Virus record (IMG/VR): IMGVR_UViG_3300031953_000001
Origin: a virus
Taxonomy: Duplodnaviria > Caudoviricetes
DNA length: 64,000 nucleotides
Direction: 5' to 3' (one strand)
The position numbers and the translations under genes were made by a program. A model generated the notes under the pieces. The model worked only from the letters and a program-made list of their open reading frames with translations. It ran no database searches and was not told the origin of the DNA. This document shows, piece by piece, positions 7,961 through 18,156 of this stretch. Position 1 is the first letter of the stretch; each line of letters opens with the position of its first letter.

Positions 7961-9100
7961 ATGGCCACCCTACAGGACCTTGAAACCAAACGCGCCGAGT
8001 TAAGCACCGCGGTCAACGCCTACACCGCCGCCAAAGAATCAGGGGTAACAGCAAACATCGATTCTACCCTTGAAGCCGCTAAGATTAAAGGCGACGAGTA
8101 CGCCAAACTGATTCAACAAGTCAAACAGGACGATTCCAACGTCACCAACGACGACCAACTCTTTTCCAATCCAGGGCGGATGAACGCTCTGGTAAGAGAC
8201 GACATCGCCACCATCGTCCGCACCGGTAAGCTGTTCGGCGCTGGCATGAAGTTACTGGTGGATACCGAAGGTAACGCGGCTAACGCCACCAACGTCATCC
8301 TGTCGTTTGCCGCCGGCAGTGACGTCACCATCGATTGGGGTGACGATACTGGCTATAAGTCGTACACAGGAGCAGCCTCACACGACTACGCGACTCCAGG
8401 TCAGTACACCGTGGAAGTCCACGGTACGGTCAACGGGTTTGCGTCCACACCGACAGCTAACAGAAAACAACTCAAAGACGTGATGCAGTGGGGCTTACTG
8501 GAGTTTGCTTCAGCTATAGCTATGTTTGCGAGTCGCACCGGCTTTGTGATCAGCGCCAGTGACGGTCCGACGTTCTTACCGGGAGCGTCTGCTGCTAACA
8601 TGTTCTCCGGTGCCACGGACTTCAACAGCCCGATTGATCACTGGGATGTGTCGAACGTTGTGAACATGTCCAATATGTTCAGATTCGCGACCGTCTTCAA
8701 CCAACCCTTGAACAACTGGGATGTGTCCAATGTGACGGACATGGCCTTTATGTTCTATATCGCCGTCGCGTTCAATCAACCACTGAACGCCTGGAACACC
8801 AGCAGCGTGACGACTATGGAGAGAACGTTTAGAAACGCAACTAACTTTAATCAACCTTTGAATAGTTGGAACACCGCCAACGTGACGGACATGACCGGCA
8901 TGTTCTATGACGCAGCCGGGTTCAACCTGCCGTTAAACTTGTGGAACGTGGCTAACGTGACGAACATGTTGGGTATGTTCTATAGAGCCTACGCGTTTAA
9001 CCAAGCTCTCTCTGGATGGGACGTGAGTAACGTGACTAGCTACGGGTCCTTTAATAACAATGGGATTATAGACAGTAATAATCTTCCAAACTTCGTCTAA
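7961..9100 (+). CDS. BspA/DUF285-repeat surface-type protein with a PKD-like domain and an N-terminal helical domain
   Basis: About six 25-residue repeats W[DN][VT]SNVxNMxxMFxxAxxFNQPL; TIDWGD...HDY..PGQYTV PKD-like motif; MATLQDL start at 7961. Confidence 0.85.
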   Translation: MATLQDLETKRAELSTAVNAYTAAKESGVTANIDSTLEAAKIKGDEYAKLIQQVKQDDSNVTNDDQLFSNPGRMNALVRDDIATIVRTGKLFGAGMKLLVDTEGNAANATNVILSFAAGSDVTIDWGDDTGYKSYTGAASHDYATPGQYTVEVHGTVNGFASTPTANRKQLKDVMQWGLLEFASAIAMFASRTGFVISASDGPTFLPGASAANMFSGATDFNSPIDHWDVSNVVNMSNMFRFATVFNQPLNNWDVSNVTDMAFMFYIAVAFNQPLNAWNTSSVTTMERTFRNATNFNQPLNSWNTANVTDMTGMFYDAAGFNLPLNLWNVANVTNMLGMFYRAYAFNQALSGWDVSNVTSYGSFNNNGIIDSNNLPNFV

Positions 9101-9133
9101 CGGCATAAGGGAGAGGCCATTTGGCCTCTCCCT
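9101..9133. terminator. terminator between convergent genes
   Basis: CGGCATA-AGGGAGAGGCC-attt-GGCCTCTCCCT. Confidence 0.75.
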
Positions 9134-9141
9134 GTATTCAG

Positions 9142-10893
9142 TTATGCCTCTTCTAACTCGTTCTTCTCAAAGTCAGCTAACAACTCGTCAAACGTCGGTG
9201 CTTTACAGATACTGCACATGATTTCAAGGGCGTTGGTTGCACCCCCCGTAAGGTTAAGGCTGGCCACTCGTTGATTGTGTTCATCAACCCCTTTAATCTT
9301 CACCACCTCAGCGATGGTGGTTGCCTTAGAACAGTTAAGAATGCTTTCCCCATTGGGGTAAGCCGCAGTCACATCGAGATCGTAAACGGCCACCCGGATC
9401 AAGGTTTTCAGATCGGGCACTTCTTCAATCAAGTTCAACCCATTGTCGATCACCAAGTGCGCAGGCAAGGTCGAAATCCAATTTCGAATTGAGACCGTCA
9501 TAGTGTCGAATTCGGTTTTAAGCGTATCCGAGGTCGACGCTATGACCTTCTTCAACTTAAGGCACTCAAAGTGCAAGTCGTCCACGGTACGTCTGGGCTG
9601 AGACGGAAACTTGTCGTAGTCGCTGTGCCCACACTGCATGGAGATGGACTGCCGTAAGTCCCCAACCTTAGGGTTCTCGTCTAAGAGCTCGCAAGAGATG
9701 CAGTCGTACAAGTTGTAGACGCCGTATTCAAGCGGCTCGTTCATCTGCATGTACTGATGCCACTCTAACCCCCCCAGAGTGTCGGCCTTCTCGTTCTTCA
9801 GCTTCTGAGTACCGGCGTACTTTCTTAGGATGGCGTCCAGCGCGTAACTGGACTCACGCCCATTGGCCATGCGCAGCTTTCGAAACACCGCCGCTTGATC
9901 CACCACCCAAAAACTCGCAGGACAGTACAACGTGTGCCAACGATCCACCCAATGCAAGGCCTCTTCACGCCCGCCGGCTGCAATCTTCTTAGCAGGACCC
10001 TCCTTCCAACGGATCTTACGAAACTCAACCGGCACACTAGGGTCGGAGAAGATGTCGTCGGCGTTGCCACCCCAACGCTCAATCGCCGCCAGAATCTTAG
10101 GAATGTCGAAGTTGATGTTCCAGATCGACAAGAAGTCCGGCATCCATTCGTGACACCGCCCTATGACGTGCTGTATGGCCCCTAAGGGTGTGGGGGTATG
10201 GATAACTTCAAGGTCGATCTTGCGATCCTTGACGAGCTCTGGAAGGCGTGTCTCGAAGTACTCCTTCATAGCTTGCGGGAATTGGTCGTTGGATAAGTTC
10301 CAGCCTTTACAACGATCCAAGAAGCGGTCGGTTACGGCTAAGACCGCTTTGTCCTTAAAGGTAACGGCCACGTAAATGGGGTCACCCATGTCGTTCGGGT
10401 CGTTGGTCTCGGTTTCAATGTCCAACACCGCCACGCCGTTCTCACTGACACAGTCGGGGAAGCGCTCCATGTAATGCCGCTTGACGATCGCGGTGGAGGT
10501 GATGTCGGAGCCGTAGAGGTACGGACTGCGGGAGATCTTGCGCAACCCAAACACCGGTGAGCGTATGTTCAAGGCGCGTTTGATGTGGGTCTCTAATTCG
10601 GCTTGGGTGCACTCAAACCGGTCTAGCTTGTTGATGTCTTCCCACTCTTTCTTTTCTTCGTGGTTCTGATACCCAGGCTTGGTGATGTAAAAGGGCCGTC
10701 TGAAGTTCTTCTTCATGCGCACCCGGGGAATCCTACGTCCGTCTTTAAGGTGAACCACCTCTTTGATGACCACCAAATCGTCGGGCACCGCCCCTCGATC
10801 AAACGGGTTGCCTTTGGTGTAACAGACGTGTTTGCACTCGATGCCTTCAATCTCGTCTTCGGTGATGGCCGGGGACTGAATTGCCTCAGTCAT
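9142..10893 (-). CDS. split family B DNA polymerase, exonuclease/N-terminal half (phiKZ gp82-like)
   Basis: ExoI LDIETE, ExoII WNINFDI, SYALDAI, ExoIII YNLYDC, and PolB motif A YDLDVTAAYP near the C-terminus; no motif B/C. Confidence 0.85.
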   Translation of the reverse strand: MTEAIQSPAITEDEIEGIECKHVCYTKGNPFDRGAVPDDLVVIKEVVHLKDGRRIPRVRMKKNFRRPFYITKPGYQNHEEKKEWEDINKLDRFECTQAELETHIKRALNIRSPVFGLRKISRSPYLYGSDITSTAIVKRHYMERFPDCVSENGVAVLDIETETNDPNDMGDPIYVAVTFKDKAVLAVTDRFLDRCKGWNLSNDQFPQAMKEYFETRLPELVKDRKIDLEVIHTPTPLGAIQHVIGRCHEWMPDFLSIWNINFDIPKILAAIERWGGNADDIFSDPSVPVEFRKIRWKEGPAKKIAAGGREEALHWVDRWHTLYCPASFWVVDQAAVFRKLRMANGRESSYALDAILRKYAGTQKLKNEKADTLGGLEWHQYMQMNEPLEYGVYNLYDCISCELLDENPKVGDLRQSISMQCGHSDYDKFPSQPRRTVDDLHFECLKLKKVIASTSDTLKTEFDTMTVSIRNWISTLPAHLVIDNGLNLIEEVPDLKTLIRVAVYDLDVTAAYPNGESILNCSKATTIAEVVKIKGVDEHNQRVASLNLTGGATNALEIMCSICKAPTFDELLADFEKNELEEA

Positions 10894-11069
10894 AGGGTAA
10901 CTCCTTGGGTTTTACTGGGTTAAATAACAACATCGCCACGTGCCGTATATTAGTGTCGATGGTGGGCTGGTTATTTTTTGAACGGTGGGTGGCCATCTTC
11001 CCTACCGATACCATCACGATCATATGTAGTAATTAAAGTCATCGACCGACCGACGGACGGATTCTAACC

Positions 11070-12344
11070 ATGTCTCGTAAACGTATATTGACCCAATCGA
11101 TGGAAAGCGTCAAGCATCAGCCCAACCCTCGGTTGTTCCGAGACCTGGTAACCGCCTTCACTTTCCTGCGTGAAACTGACCATCCGCTAACCAACTCCGC
11201 TCGCGATCGCACTGTGATCAAAGAGTCAAACGTAGAACGCGTGGTCAAACACTACACCAATCTGAACATCCGCTTAAGCTCTGGTTCGGCAGGTGCACGG
11301 GCGTACGTATCGCCCCCCAGGCTTGATAAAAACCACCCCTTCAACACCCCAGAGCGCCGTGCACTCTCAGACAACAGCGATGCAGTTTTAGCCATTCGTC
11401 GCGCTAAAGGTAGGGTCCAGGGCAGCATCGATCTGGACAAAGGTCGGGTTGAGGGAGTTTACGCCGAGTTGATCAACGACGTCTTTGTCTCCAGTGAGAT
11501 TATTCAAGGCGATTTCTTTACGGTTGAGGAGGCCACGGCGCTCTTCCTTCACGAGCTCGGTCACTTGATGACCTATTACGAATATCTAGGTCGTGTCTAC
11601 ACGTTGAATCATGTCCTAGGGGATCTGGTTCGAGGTTACGCTAAAAGCACCAGCATCAAAGAACGGGTAGAACTCCTGTCGGTCACCCGCGACGCGTTGG
11701 ATTTGACGGAACTTGACGTCGATGCCGCCAGTAGCATTACCGACACAGAGACTGTACAGATGCTGATTGTGTCTGAAGTGGTAAACGAACCCTCCAGCGC
11801 CACCAACACTCGGATTTACGATTATCGCACTTCTGAGGCCTTGGCTGATCAATACGTCAGTCGAATGGGGGCAGGGCGTCACTTAGCCACAGGTATGGAT
11901 CGACTGTTTCGCCTGGCAGGCACGAACAGCTATTACAGCGACCGTAAGTTCCTGATGATAGAAGCGGTGAAGATTCTTTTGATTGCTAAGTGGTTTGTGG
12001 GTTTCTTTGTATTGGCCGCTCTAACCGCCAGTTTGGTTAGTCCCGATTTGAAGTACGACCCCATCGGTCAACGACTTAAGCGTATCCGTCAGGACATCGT
12101 TGAGGCCATGAAGAACCCCCGGTTAGATAAAGACTACCGCAAACGCCTGCAAGAAGACGCTGACGTGCTGGCGGATCTTTTGAGTAACGTTAAAGACCGT
12201 GAGACGATTATTGGGTATTTGTGGAAACGTCTATACCCCCCGAATATCAAACAAATGAACCGCGTCAAGATGATGCAGGACCTCGAAGCCCTGGCCAACA
12301 ACGAATTGTTCGTCAAAGCCAACTTACTGACTGTAAAAGCCTAA
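11070..12344 (+). CDS. virion head protein with zincin-like HExxH motif
   Basis: FLHELGH followed by EALADQY; SME site near the N-terminus; first gene of the structural block. Confidence 0.65.
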   Translation: MSRKRILTQSMESVKHQPNPRLFRDLVTAFTFLRETDHPLTNSARDRTVIKESNVERVVKHYTNLNIRLSSGSAGARAYVSPPRLDKNHPFNTPERRALSDNSDAVLAIRRAKGRVQGSIDLDKGRVEGVYAELINDVFVSSEIIQGDFFTVEEATALFLHELGHLMTYYEYLGRVYTLNHVLGDLVRGYAKSTSIKERVELLSVTRDALDLTELDVDAASSITDTETVQMLIVSEVVNEPSSATNTRIYDYRTSEALADQYVSRMGAGRHLATGMDRLFRLAGTNSYYSDRKFLMIEAVKILLIAKWFVGFFVLAALTASLVSPDLKYDPIGQRLKRIRQDIVEAMKNPRLDKDYRKRLQEDADVLADLLSNVKDRETIIGYLWKRLYPPNIKQMNRVKMMQDLEALANNELFVKANLLTVKA

Positions 12345-12354
12345 GGAGAACACC

Positions 12355-12840
12355 ATGCGTAAAGTGGCAAGCACGATCACCGAATGTGTCAACTCAATTC
12401 TGCGTACCAAAGACGTACCCGAGAACGTAGACCAACGTCACCTGAACACGATCATCACCGCAGCGAGCATCGCTTACCGACTGCCTCTGCCCTCCGGTCC
12501 GGTGCACCGTCCTGAGGAGTGGTTCCTGATCAATTGTTTGGCAGGGTATGAAAGCATCGCAGGCGCATTGAACGAATATCTGGTGATGGACGTTAATGAA
12601 GTCGATAAGGTAGTGCGCACCACGTGGTTGCTGCGATACCGCGTTCTGCACATTCCGTACTCGCCGCAAGCCTTGGAAGCGTTGATGCACACGTTAGGCG
12701 ACTCCGATTATGAAGTTGCTGACGTGTACCGCAGCTGGATTTGCGCTTTGGGCGACAACTCAGCCGCGCACGTTATGATGCGGGTAGGTCAAGCCATGAA
12801 CGAGAACGGCGTTTTGGCGGTGGAGACAAGCGATGAGTAA
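12355..12840 (+). CDS. hypothetical (probable virion) protein
   Basis: 161 aa, AGGAG RBS, within the structural operon. Confidence 0.65.
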   Translation: MRKVASTITECVNSILRTKDVPENVDQRHLNTIITAASIAYRLPLPSGPVHRPEEWFLINCLAGYESIAGALNEYLVMDVNEVDKVVRTTWLLRYRVLHIPYSPQALEALMHTLGDSDYEVADVYRSWICALGDNSAAHVMMRVGQAMNENGVLAVETSDE

Positions 12841-14095
12841 CGGGGCCTACAGCGAAGAAGACGCCCTGTCGCTGGAAAACGCCTTCGAAATCGAGCTGCA
12901 GAACCTGGCCGATCTGGAAAGCCGCCAACACTGGGTGATCCAACATCGAAACGTCGATCGCTTAACCATGGAGGCCCTGCATCAGAAGTACCCAGAAGCG
13001 ATCAACGCTGACTATCCGGTCAACTCGTTCAGCAAAGACCCTTCGGATCAGAACCTCCCGGTGTCTTTAGAGTCGTTCAGCATCGCCAAAGCGGTGGCAG
13101 TGGCTGCCGCAGGCGCGTTATTGGGCAGCATCTTGTTCATGTTGATCAAGCTGTTTCGCACCGACAACGCCGAACAACGCGCAAGCGATGTGGATAAGAA
13201 GACCCGTGAGATGGCCGACACCGACAAGGACATAGCGACCTTGATCAAAGACGCCAAGTCCTTGAATCTGTCCGAGGCAGACACGCGTTTACTGCGAAGC
13301 CTGACCGACAACCGTTATCAAGAGTATCTAGACCCTCCCATTAGTGCTCGCGCCAGTTCTCAGGGTAAGATCCTCATGGACGCGGTTGTCCCTGGTGGAG
13401 ACGTGTTTCAGTTGTTGTCTAAGTGGTCGCGCAGCATTCACAACCACTACACCAGCTTCAGCGCACGGGTTAATGAATTGACGGAAGCTATTGGGAAGAT
13501 GTACGAGGTGGAAGCCAAAGATTCGGCCAAATTCGTGCAGGATCTGGACGCTTGCGTCTTGCAACCAGACGATGAGTTCTTTAAAGACATGGCACAGTTG
13601 CACGATACCTTCCAATCGTTCCTACAGCGCTCTCAGGGCGACTACATGAGCTTTTTGGCGGATAACGTACTCAACACACGGGAGTATTACGACCTGGCGC
13701 TGAACGACGATCAGTGGCCTAAACAGGTGAGTAAGATTTCACCTAATGGCGGTAAAGGGTTGGATAAGAACCTGGATCGGTTAGAGAAAGACGCTCAAGC
13801 CTTGATCGATGGCAAACGCGAAGCCGCGTTCAAAGCCAAACGTTCTAAGAACGGCGTGCGGGTAGACGACCAAGGCAACATGGAAATGGACGCCGTGGTC
13901 GGCAATGTGGACGTCGAGCGGGCCGTGAAGAACGCCGAACTGGCCATTCGTTCTGAGGTGCAGTTTCTCAGAGCGTACCGCACCAACCTCAACCGCGTCT
14001 TGGAGTTCTATCGTCAAGCCGCTGTCACGTCGTTGAAATGCAACACCGAACGCAGTCGTCAGCTTCGGGAGATGATCAACCGGTCACAGAACTGA
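12833..14095 (+). CDS. probable head protein with S-L-E maturation sites
   Basis: LSLE and VSLE followed by a small-residue hydrophobic stretch; 420 aa. Confidence 0.65.
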   Translation: MSNGAYSEEDALSLENAFEIELQNLADLESRQHWVIQHRNVDRLTMEALHQKYPEAINADYPVNSFSKDPSDQNLPVSLESFSIAKAVAVAAAGALLGSILFMLIKLFRTDNAEQRASDVDKKTREMADTDKDIATLIKDAKSLNLSEADTRLLRSLTDNRYQEYLDPPISARASSQGKILMDAVVPGGDVFQLLSKWSRSIHNHYTSFSARVNELTEAIGKMYEVEAKDSAKFVQDLDACVLQPDDEFFKDMAQLHDTFQSFLQRSQGDYMSFLADNVLNTREYYDLALNDDQWPKQVSKISPNGGKGLDKNLDRLEKDAQALIDGKREAAFKAKRSKNGVRVDDQGNMEMDAVVGNVDVERAVKNAELAIRSEVQFLRAYRTNLNRVLEFYRQAAVTSLKCNTERSRQLREMINRSQN

Positions 14096-14107
14096 GTTGG
14101 CAAAGCA

Positions 14108-14142
14108 GCATACGGGGAGGGCGCATGCCCTCCCCTATGCCG
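14108..14142. terminator. bidirectional terminator
   Basis: GCATA-c-GGGGAGGGC-gcat-GCCCTCCCC-TATGCCG between convergent genes. Confidence 0.8.
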
Positions 14143-14146
14143 TCAC

Positions 14147-17074
14147 TTATGCACGATGGCGAATGAACTCTACCGACACGTCGTCTTGTACGGTCAATTC
14201 CCCGTTAGGCAACACATCTAAGCGTTTGCGAATCCCCAATCGACTGGAGTCGTCTTCCAACGACAGCATCTCATAGTTCGCCTCCCCGCCTAAGCCACTG
14301 ACCACCACATCCAACACTTCGCTGCTGACCTGATCCTTGATCCGCCGAGCCATGGCTGAGACCGAAATGGTCGCATCGTCCAAGGTCTGGTTAATCAACA
14401 CCACCGCGGTGCGACTCAACTCTGCCCTCAGATCCACGTTGTCGTATCCGATCTTCGTCAAGTAGTACTTGACTCGGAAACTTTGATCGGCCGACACAGC
14501 CGTAGACAGACCGTCTTCCACCAGCGCTCGAACTGTCCCCAGCGTGGTTTGCGGATAATACCACAACTGAGTGTTTTCCAGCATCCGTTCCTGAATCGCC
14601 GCTATGTCAGTACTGACCCAGTTGACGATGGCTCGAGCGGTGTCACGGGCGTAGTTCAAGACCCTGCGATCGGTGGCCAAGGTGAACGACCCTTCTAGCA
14701 ACAGCAACTCTACTTGTCTGAGGATCTTGCGTCCCGACTCTGGCAGTGGGTTGCCTTCGTTGTCGCGCTTGATGTCCCCTTGACGGTACCTGAGCACTTG
14801 CACCCCATCGCTGTCCAACACCGCCTCACCTTGAGCGTGGAGTACCTCATAGAGGATCTCTCCGGTCTCAGGATCTCGGGTCAGTGCAATGGCTCCGGTT
14901 TGAGGGTCACGTTGATACACCGTGGCTGCGTAAGTGGCTAAGACGTCACTTTGATAGCGCACGTACTCCATAGAGCTCACCACACTGCGTGAGCGTGCCC
15001 ACAATCCACCCAAAGCCGTGCCAAAGCGCACCTTCAAGGCTTCTTGTATCACCACGGTGTTGTCTTCCGGTAACAGAAACTGCCCCTTAACCGTGTCTAA
15101 CGTTGTGGCTTCCAAGCCGTCGATGTCGTAGTTGGATACAATGTACTGCAAATCCAACACCCCATCCAACGGCACCCCAGTGGCGCGGTTTTCCAAGTCG
15201 TACATGCGAAAGCTGGTCAACTGCAATTGATCCTCATCGTCCACATCAAACCGACTCTCTAACAAGAACTCAAAGATCCTCTCGTTATCATCAGTCCGGC
15301 CTAAGTAAGTACCGTTCAAGTAAGCCCGATCAATCTCCCCTTTAGGAACAAAGCTCAACTGAGCGTGCACTTGATCGTCGGTTAAAGCGCGGAACGCGTC
15401 TCCACTGGTGGTGACCAAGATCATCCGGTAACCGGTTGGGGTTTTGTCGATGGCAAAGCGCATGGTACCCACTTCCAGCCGCGCGCTCTCGTTCTCCGCC
15501 ACAAACTGCTTGGTGTACACCACCGGCTCGTCCAAGTAATACGCCCGACACGCGAACTGCTGTTCGGTGCTGTCCAATACGTAATGGAACGGGGTATACA
15601 AGTACTGGCCTTCTGCTAAGATTTGCGCTTTAGCTTCACCTGAGGCGTCGGTCAAGGTCTGACGGTCGTTGTTGCTCACCACCTCCAAACGACCGTCCGC
15701 CACTTTGAACAACATCTTTGAATCCAAGGTCAGCCGGGTGCCGTTGTCGTAGACCGAGTTCAGCGTGGCTAAGTTGCTCATGCTTTCTTCTAGCATCCCC
15801 ACCGTACACCCAATCGCTGTGGTCAGGTTTTCTGAATCCGGTAGCGGCAGATCGCGAGTGGCCAGATAGGTACGATTGGTGATGTTGTCCACGTCTTTAA
15901 CGATGGCGTAGCCTAAGTTGTCCAGCTGCGCTTCAAGTTGCACTGGGGTGATGGGGATCTTGATTTCCCCGAGGGCGTTGTTGATCACTCGCTTGCGTAA
16001 GGCCTCAAAGCTCAGTTTGTCACTTCCCCCCTTAACCCGATCGGTGGAGTATAAGGACATGGTTCCAAAGTTGCGGATAGGCGCCACAAATGGACTTTCG
16101 TTCTTATTCAGATCCCGCCACCGAGCCTGGAAGCTCCTGGGTTCATAGCGCTCAAGGGAAAGCTCGACGTTGCCTTTGGTGGTGTAGACGTCAATGCGAA
16201 TCCCCCTGGGCATCAACCCCCGATTGAAATAGATGTACGGTACGGTGACTTCCAGATTCTGCCCATAGACCTTCAGTTTGGCGGTCGGTGTGGTGGGGTC
16301 ATACACCTGATCCGAATGGGTGGTTAAGATCTCCTCCCATTCACCGTCCACACCGCTTGAGACGTAGACCCGAGCGTAATAGAACTGATCGCTGAACGTG
16401 TACGCTTTAGTGAACCCGCTGGTGGGGTTGAGTTGATCGTAGTGGTCGGTCAGTTTGAATTGAAGCATGGGGATGCGAATCATCAACAGTTCGATGTGAT
16501 CCAAGTCGCTGCCACTGCCCGACATGCGCACCACTTCCCAATCCAGCAAGTTAGACTCCAAGGTCTGCAACGGACTGGGTCGGTTTACGTCGTAGACCAC
16601 CTGAACGCCGCCGTGAGGCATCACTCGAATCTCAATGGGATATTGCAAGGTAAAGGTCATGCCCTCGACCACCACTTCGGTCTCCCGAGGAATGATCACC
16701 TTACGCACACCGTTGTCGTCCAACACCGCTCGATCGATGATCTCCGGTAGACTGCCCATCCAGACCATGGTGGCTCGTCCAGGACTGCCAAAGCGGTTGG
16801 CGTAATCCACATCGGACATGTGTCGGTATATCTCTTCTTCGGTTTGCGCCAGCGATGGGTATTGATACCGCATCAAGGCCTCGTTGCGTTGCATGCCAGC
16901 CGCACCCACCACACAGGCACTTTCTAATAGAAACACAAACGGATTGGATGGATCGACCACGTCGTAGTCACCGTCCACCATCGATTCCAACGCACTCAAT
17001 ACCACCCGTTGCACCGCCGCGGGGTTGTTGCGCAAGTCCCCAACTTCGGTCATTAATTCTTGTACGGATTTCAT
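14147..17074 (-). CDS. large virion structural protein, probable baseplate wedge (phiKZ gp87-like)
   Basis: 975 aa from ATG 17074, which overlaps the stop of the upstream gene; size, beta-rich content and synteny. Confidence 0.65.
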   Translation of the reverse strand: MKSVQELMTEVGDLRNNPAAVQRVVLSALESMVDGDYDVVDPSNPFVFLLESACVVGAAGMQRNEALMRYQYPSLAQTEEEIYRHMSDVDYANRFGSPGRATMVWMGSLPEIIDRAVLDDNGVRKVIIPRETEVVVEGMTFTLQYPIEIRVMPHGGVQVVYDVNRPSPLQTLESNLLDWEVVRMSGSGSDLDHIELLMIRIPMLQFKLTDHYDQLNPTSGFTKAYTFSDQFYYARVYVSSGVDGEWEEILTTHSDQVYDPTTPTAKLKVYGQNLEVTVPYIYFNRGLMPRGIRIDVYTTKGNVELSLERYEPRSFQARWRDLNKNESPFVAPIRNFGTMSLYSTDRVKGGSDKLSFEALRKRVINNALGEIKIPITPVQLEAQLDNLGYAIVKDVDNITNRTYLATRDLPLPDSENLTTAIGCTVGMLEESMSNLATLNSVYDNGTRLTLDSKMLFKVADGRLEVVSNNDRQTLTDASGEAKAQILAEGQYLYTPFHYVLDSTEQQFACRAYYLDEPVVYTKQFVAENESARLEVGTMRFAIDKTPTGYRMILVTTSGDAFRALTDDQVHAQLSFVPKGEIDRAYLNGTYLGRTDDNERIFEFLLESRFDVDDEDQLQLTSFRMYDLENRATGVPLDGVLDLQYIVSNYDIDGLEATTLDTVKGQFLLPEDNTVVIQEALKVRFGTALGGLWARSRSVVSSMEYVRYQSDVLATYAATVYQRDPQTGAIALTRDPETGEILYEVLHAQGEAVLDSDGVQVLRYRQGDIKRDNEGNPLPESGRKILRQVELLLLEGSFTLATDRRVLNYARDTARAIVNWVSTDIAAIQERMLENTQLWYYPQTTLGTVRALVEDGLSTAVSADQSFRVKYYLTKIGYDNVDLRAELSRTAVVLINQTLDDATISVSAMARRIKDQVSSEVLDVVVSGLGGEANYEMLSLEDDSSRLGIRKRLDVLPNGELTVQDDVSVEFIRHRA

Positions 17075-18135
17075 GCAGTCATCTCCGCGTAATCTTGGGC
17101 AGCCACCCACCACTCCAACTCCAAGGTTTTGGAATCAATGCGAGGGTAACCGGTGAAGTTAAATCGATCCAACTCAGACGCTTTTAGTTTGACGTACAAC
17201 GACTCACGGTTCTTATCCGACATACCGGCGTTGAAGTAAGCCACCGTCTGATTAAACTCATCGTATAAGATCGGATCTTGATACTCAGCCCCAGTGCACC
17301 GGAACGGAATGGAGATCTGATCGTTGGCATCGCTGTACGGCGTCTCGTTGGAGTAGTTAAACGCGTTGCCCAAAGGTGAGGCTAAAGGAAAGCAGACGTT
17401 GGCACATCCGATCTTCTTAACGTAGCGTTTGCTGCGGTCTAAGATCAGCCGCCAGATCCGACATTGATAGTCAATCTCGTTCTCCACCACAAACTCTGGG
17501 TAAGGCGCCATGTCCCCTGTGTAGACGTTTCCCATGTACCTGGCCCAGTACTGAAACATATCGGTGATCGGATCGCCTTCGATGTTGGCAAAGCTGGCAG
17601 TGATATCGTATGTATTATTGATCTCTGCCACGTCGTCAACGATACTATAGGATTCTTTGCGCATACCCTCAGGTGCCGTGTAGGCATTGATGGTCACATC
17701 AGGGAACCCTGTCAAATTGACGAGCGTGTTGCTCAGTATGGTCATGAACGCTTGTTTTTGGTCGAACAGGTTGGAGGTCAGTTTGTTGGCCCCCTGACCC
17801 AATCGAGAATCCAACATCAAACGTATGGCTCGATACATGGAACTGGGTTCACTATCCAGTAACGGAAGCAGATGCCGGTCGGCCAATACGTTGTTCGCAC
17901 TTAGGTTCATCTGTGGCCTTGTAAACAAGACCAGACCTTGATGGTCTGTGTTCTTTTGAAACGCCGCACCGGCATTACGATGATCCAGACCTTTGTATAC
18001 ATCGGTCATGGCTCCGTAGGTACGTCCAAAACCGGAGCCCGTTGTCACGCGATCAATGTCACGACGTCGATTGGGCGTGACTTGACCCGTGTCACTGATG
18101 GTAGTCTTGCTAATATCCACGATTTCGTTCTCCAA
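17071..18135 (-). CDS. virion structural protein, probable tail/baseplate (phiKZ gp88-like)
   Basis: 354 aa ORF translationally coupled to the 975 aa gene; synteny. Confidence 0.6.
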   Translation of the reverse strand: MENEIVDISKTTISDTGQVTPNRRRDIDRVTTGSGFGRTYGAMTDVYKGLDHRNAGAAFQKNTDHQGLVLFTRPQMNLSANNVLADRHLLPLLDSEPSSMYRAIRLMLDSRLGQGANKLTSNLFDQKQAFMTILSNTLVNLTGFPDVTINAYTAPEGMRKESYSIVDDVAEINNTYDITASFANIEGDPITDMFQYWARYMGNVYTGDMAPYPEFVVENEIDYQCRIWRLILDRSKRYVKKIGCANVCFPLASPLGNAFNYSNETPYSDANDQISIPFRCTGAEYQDPILYDEFNQTVAYFNAGMSDKNRESLYVKLKASELDRFNFTGYPRIDSKTLELEWWVAAQDYAEMTA

Positions 18136-18156
18136 TCATGACTTAAGGAAACGACT

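Noticed and set aside
14147-17113. ORF-track start at 17113 (and similar upstream extensions at 6491, 24884, 32511, 48851, 54455 and 57795)
   Set aside because: These extensions overlap neighbouring genes, terminators or promoters; downstream ATGs with an RBS or stop-start coupling fit better.
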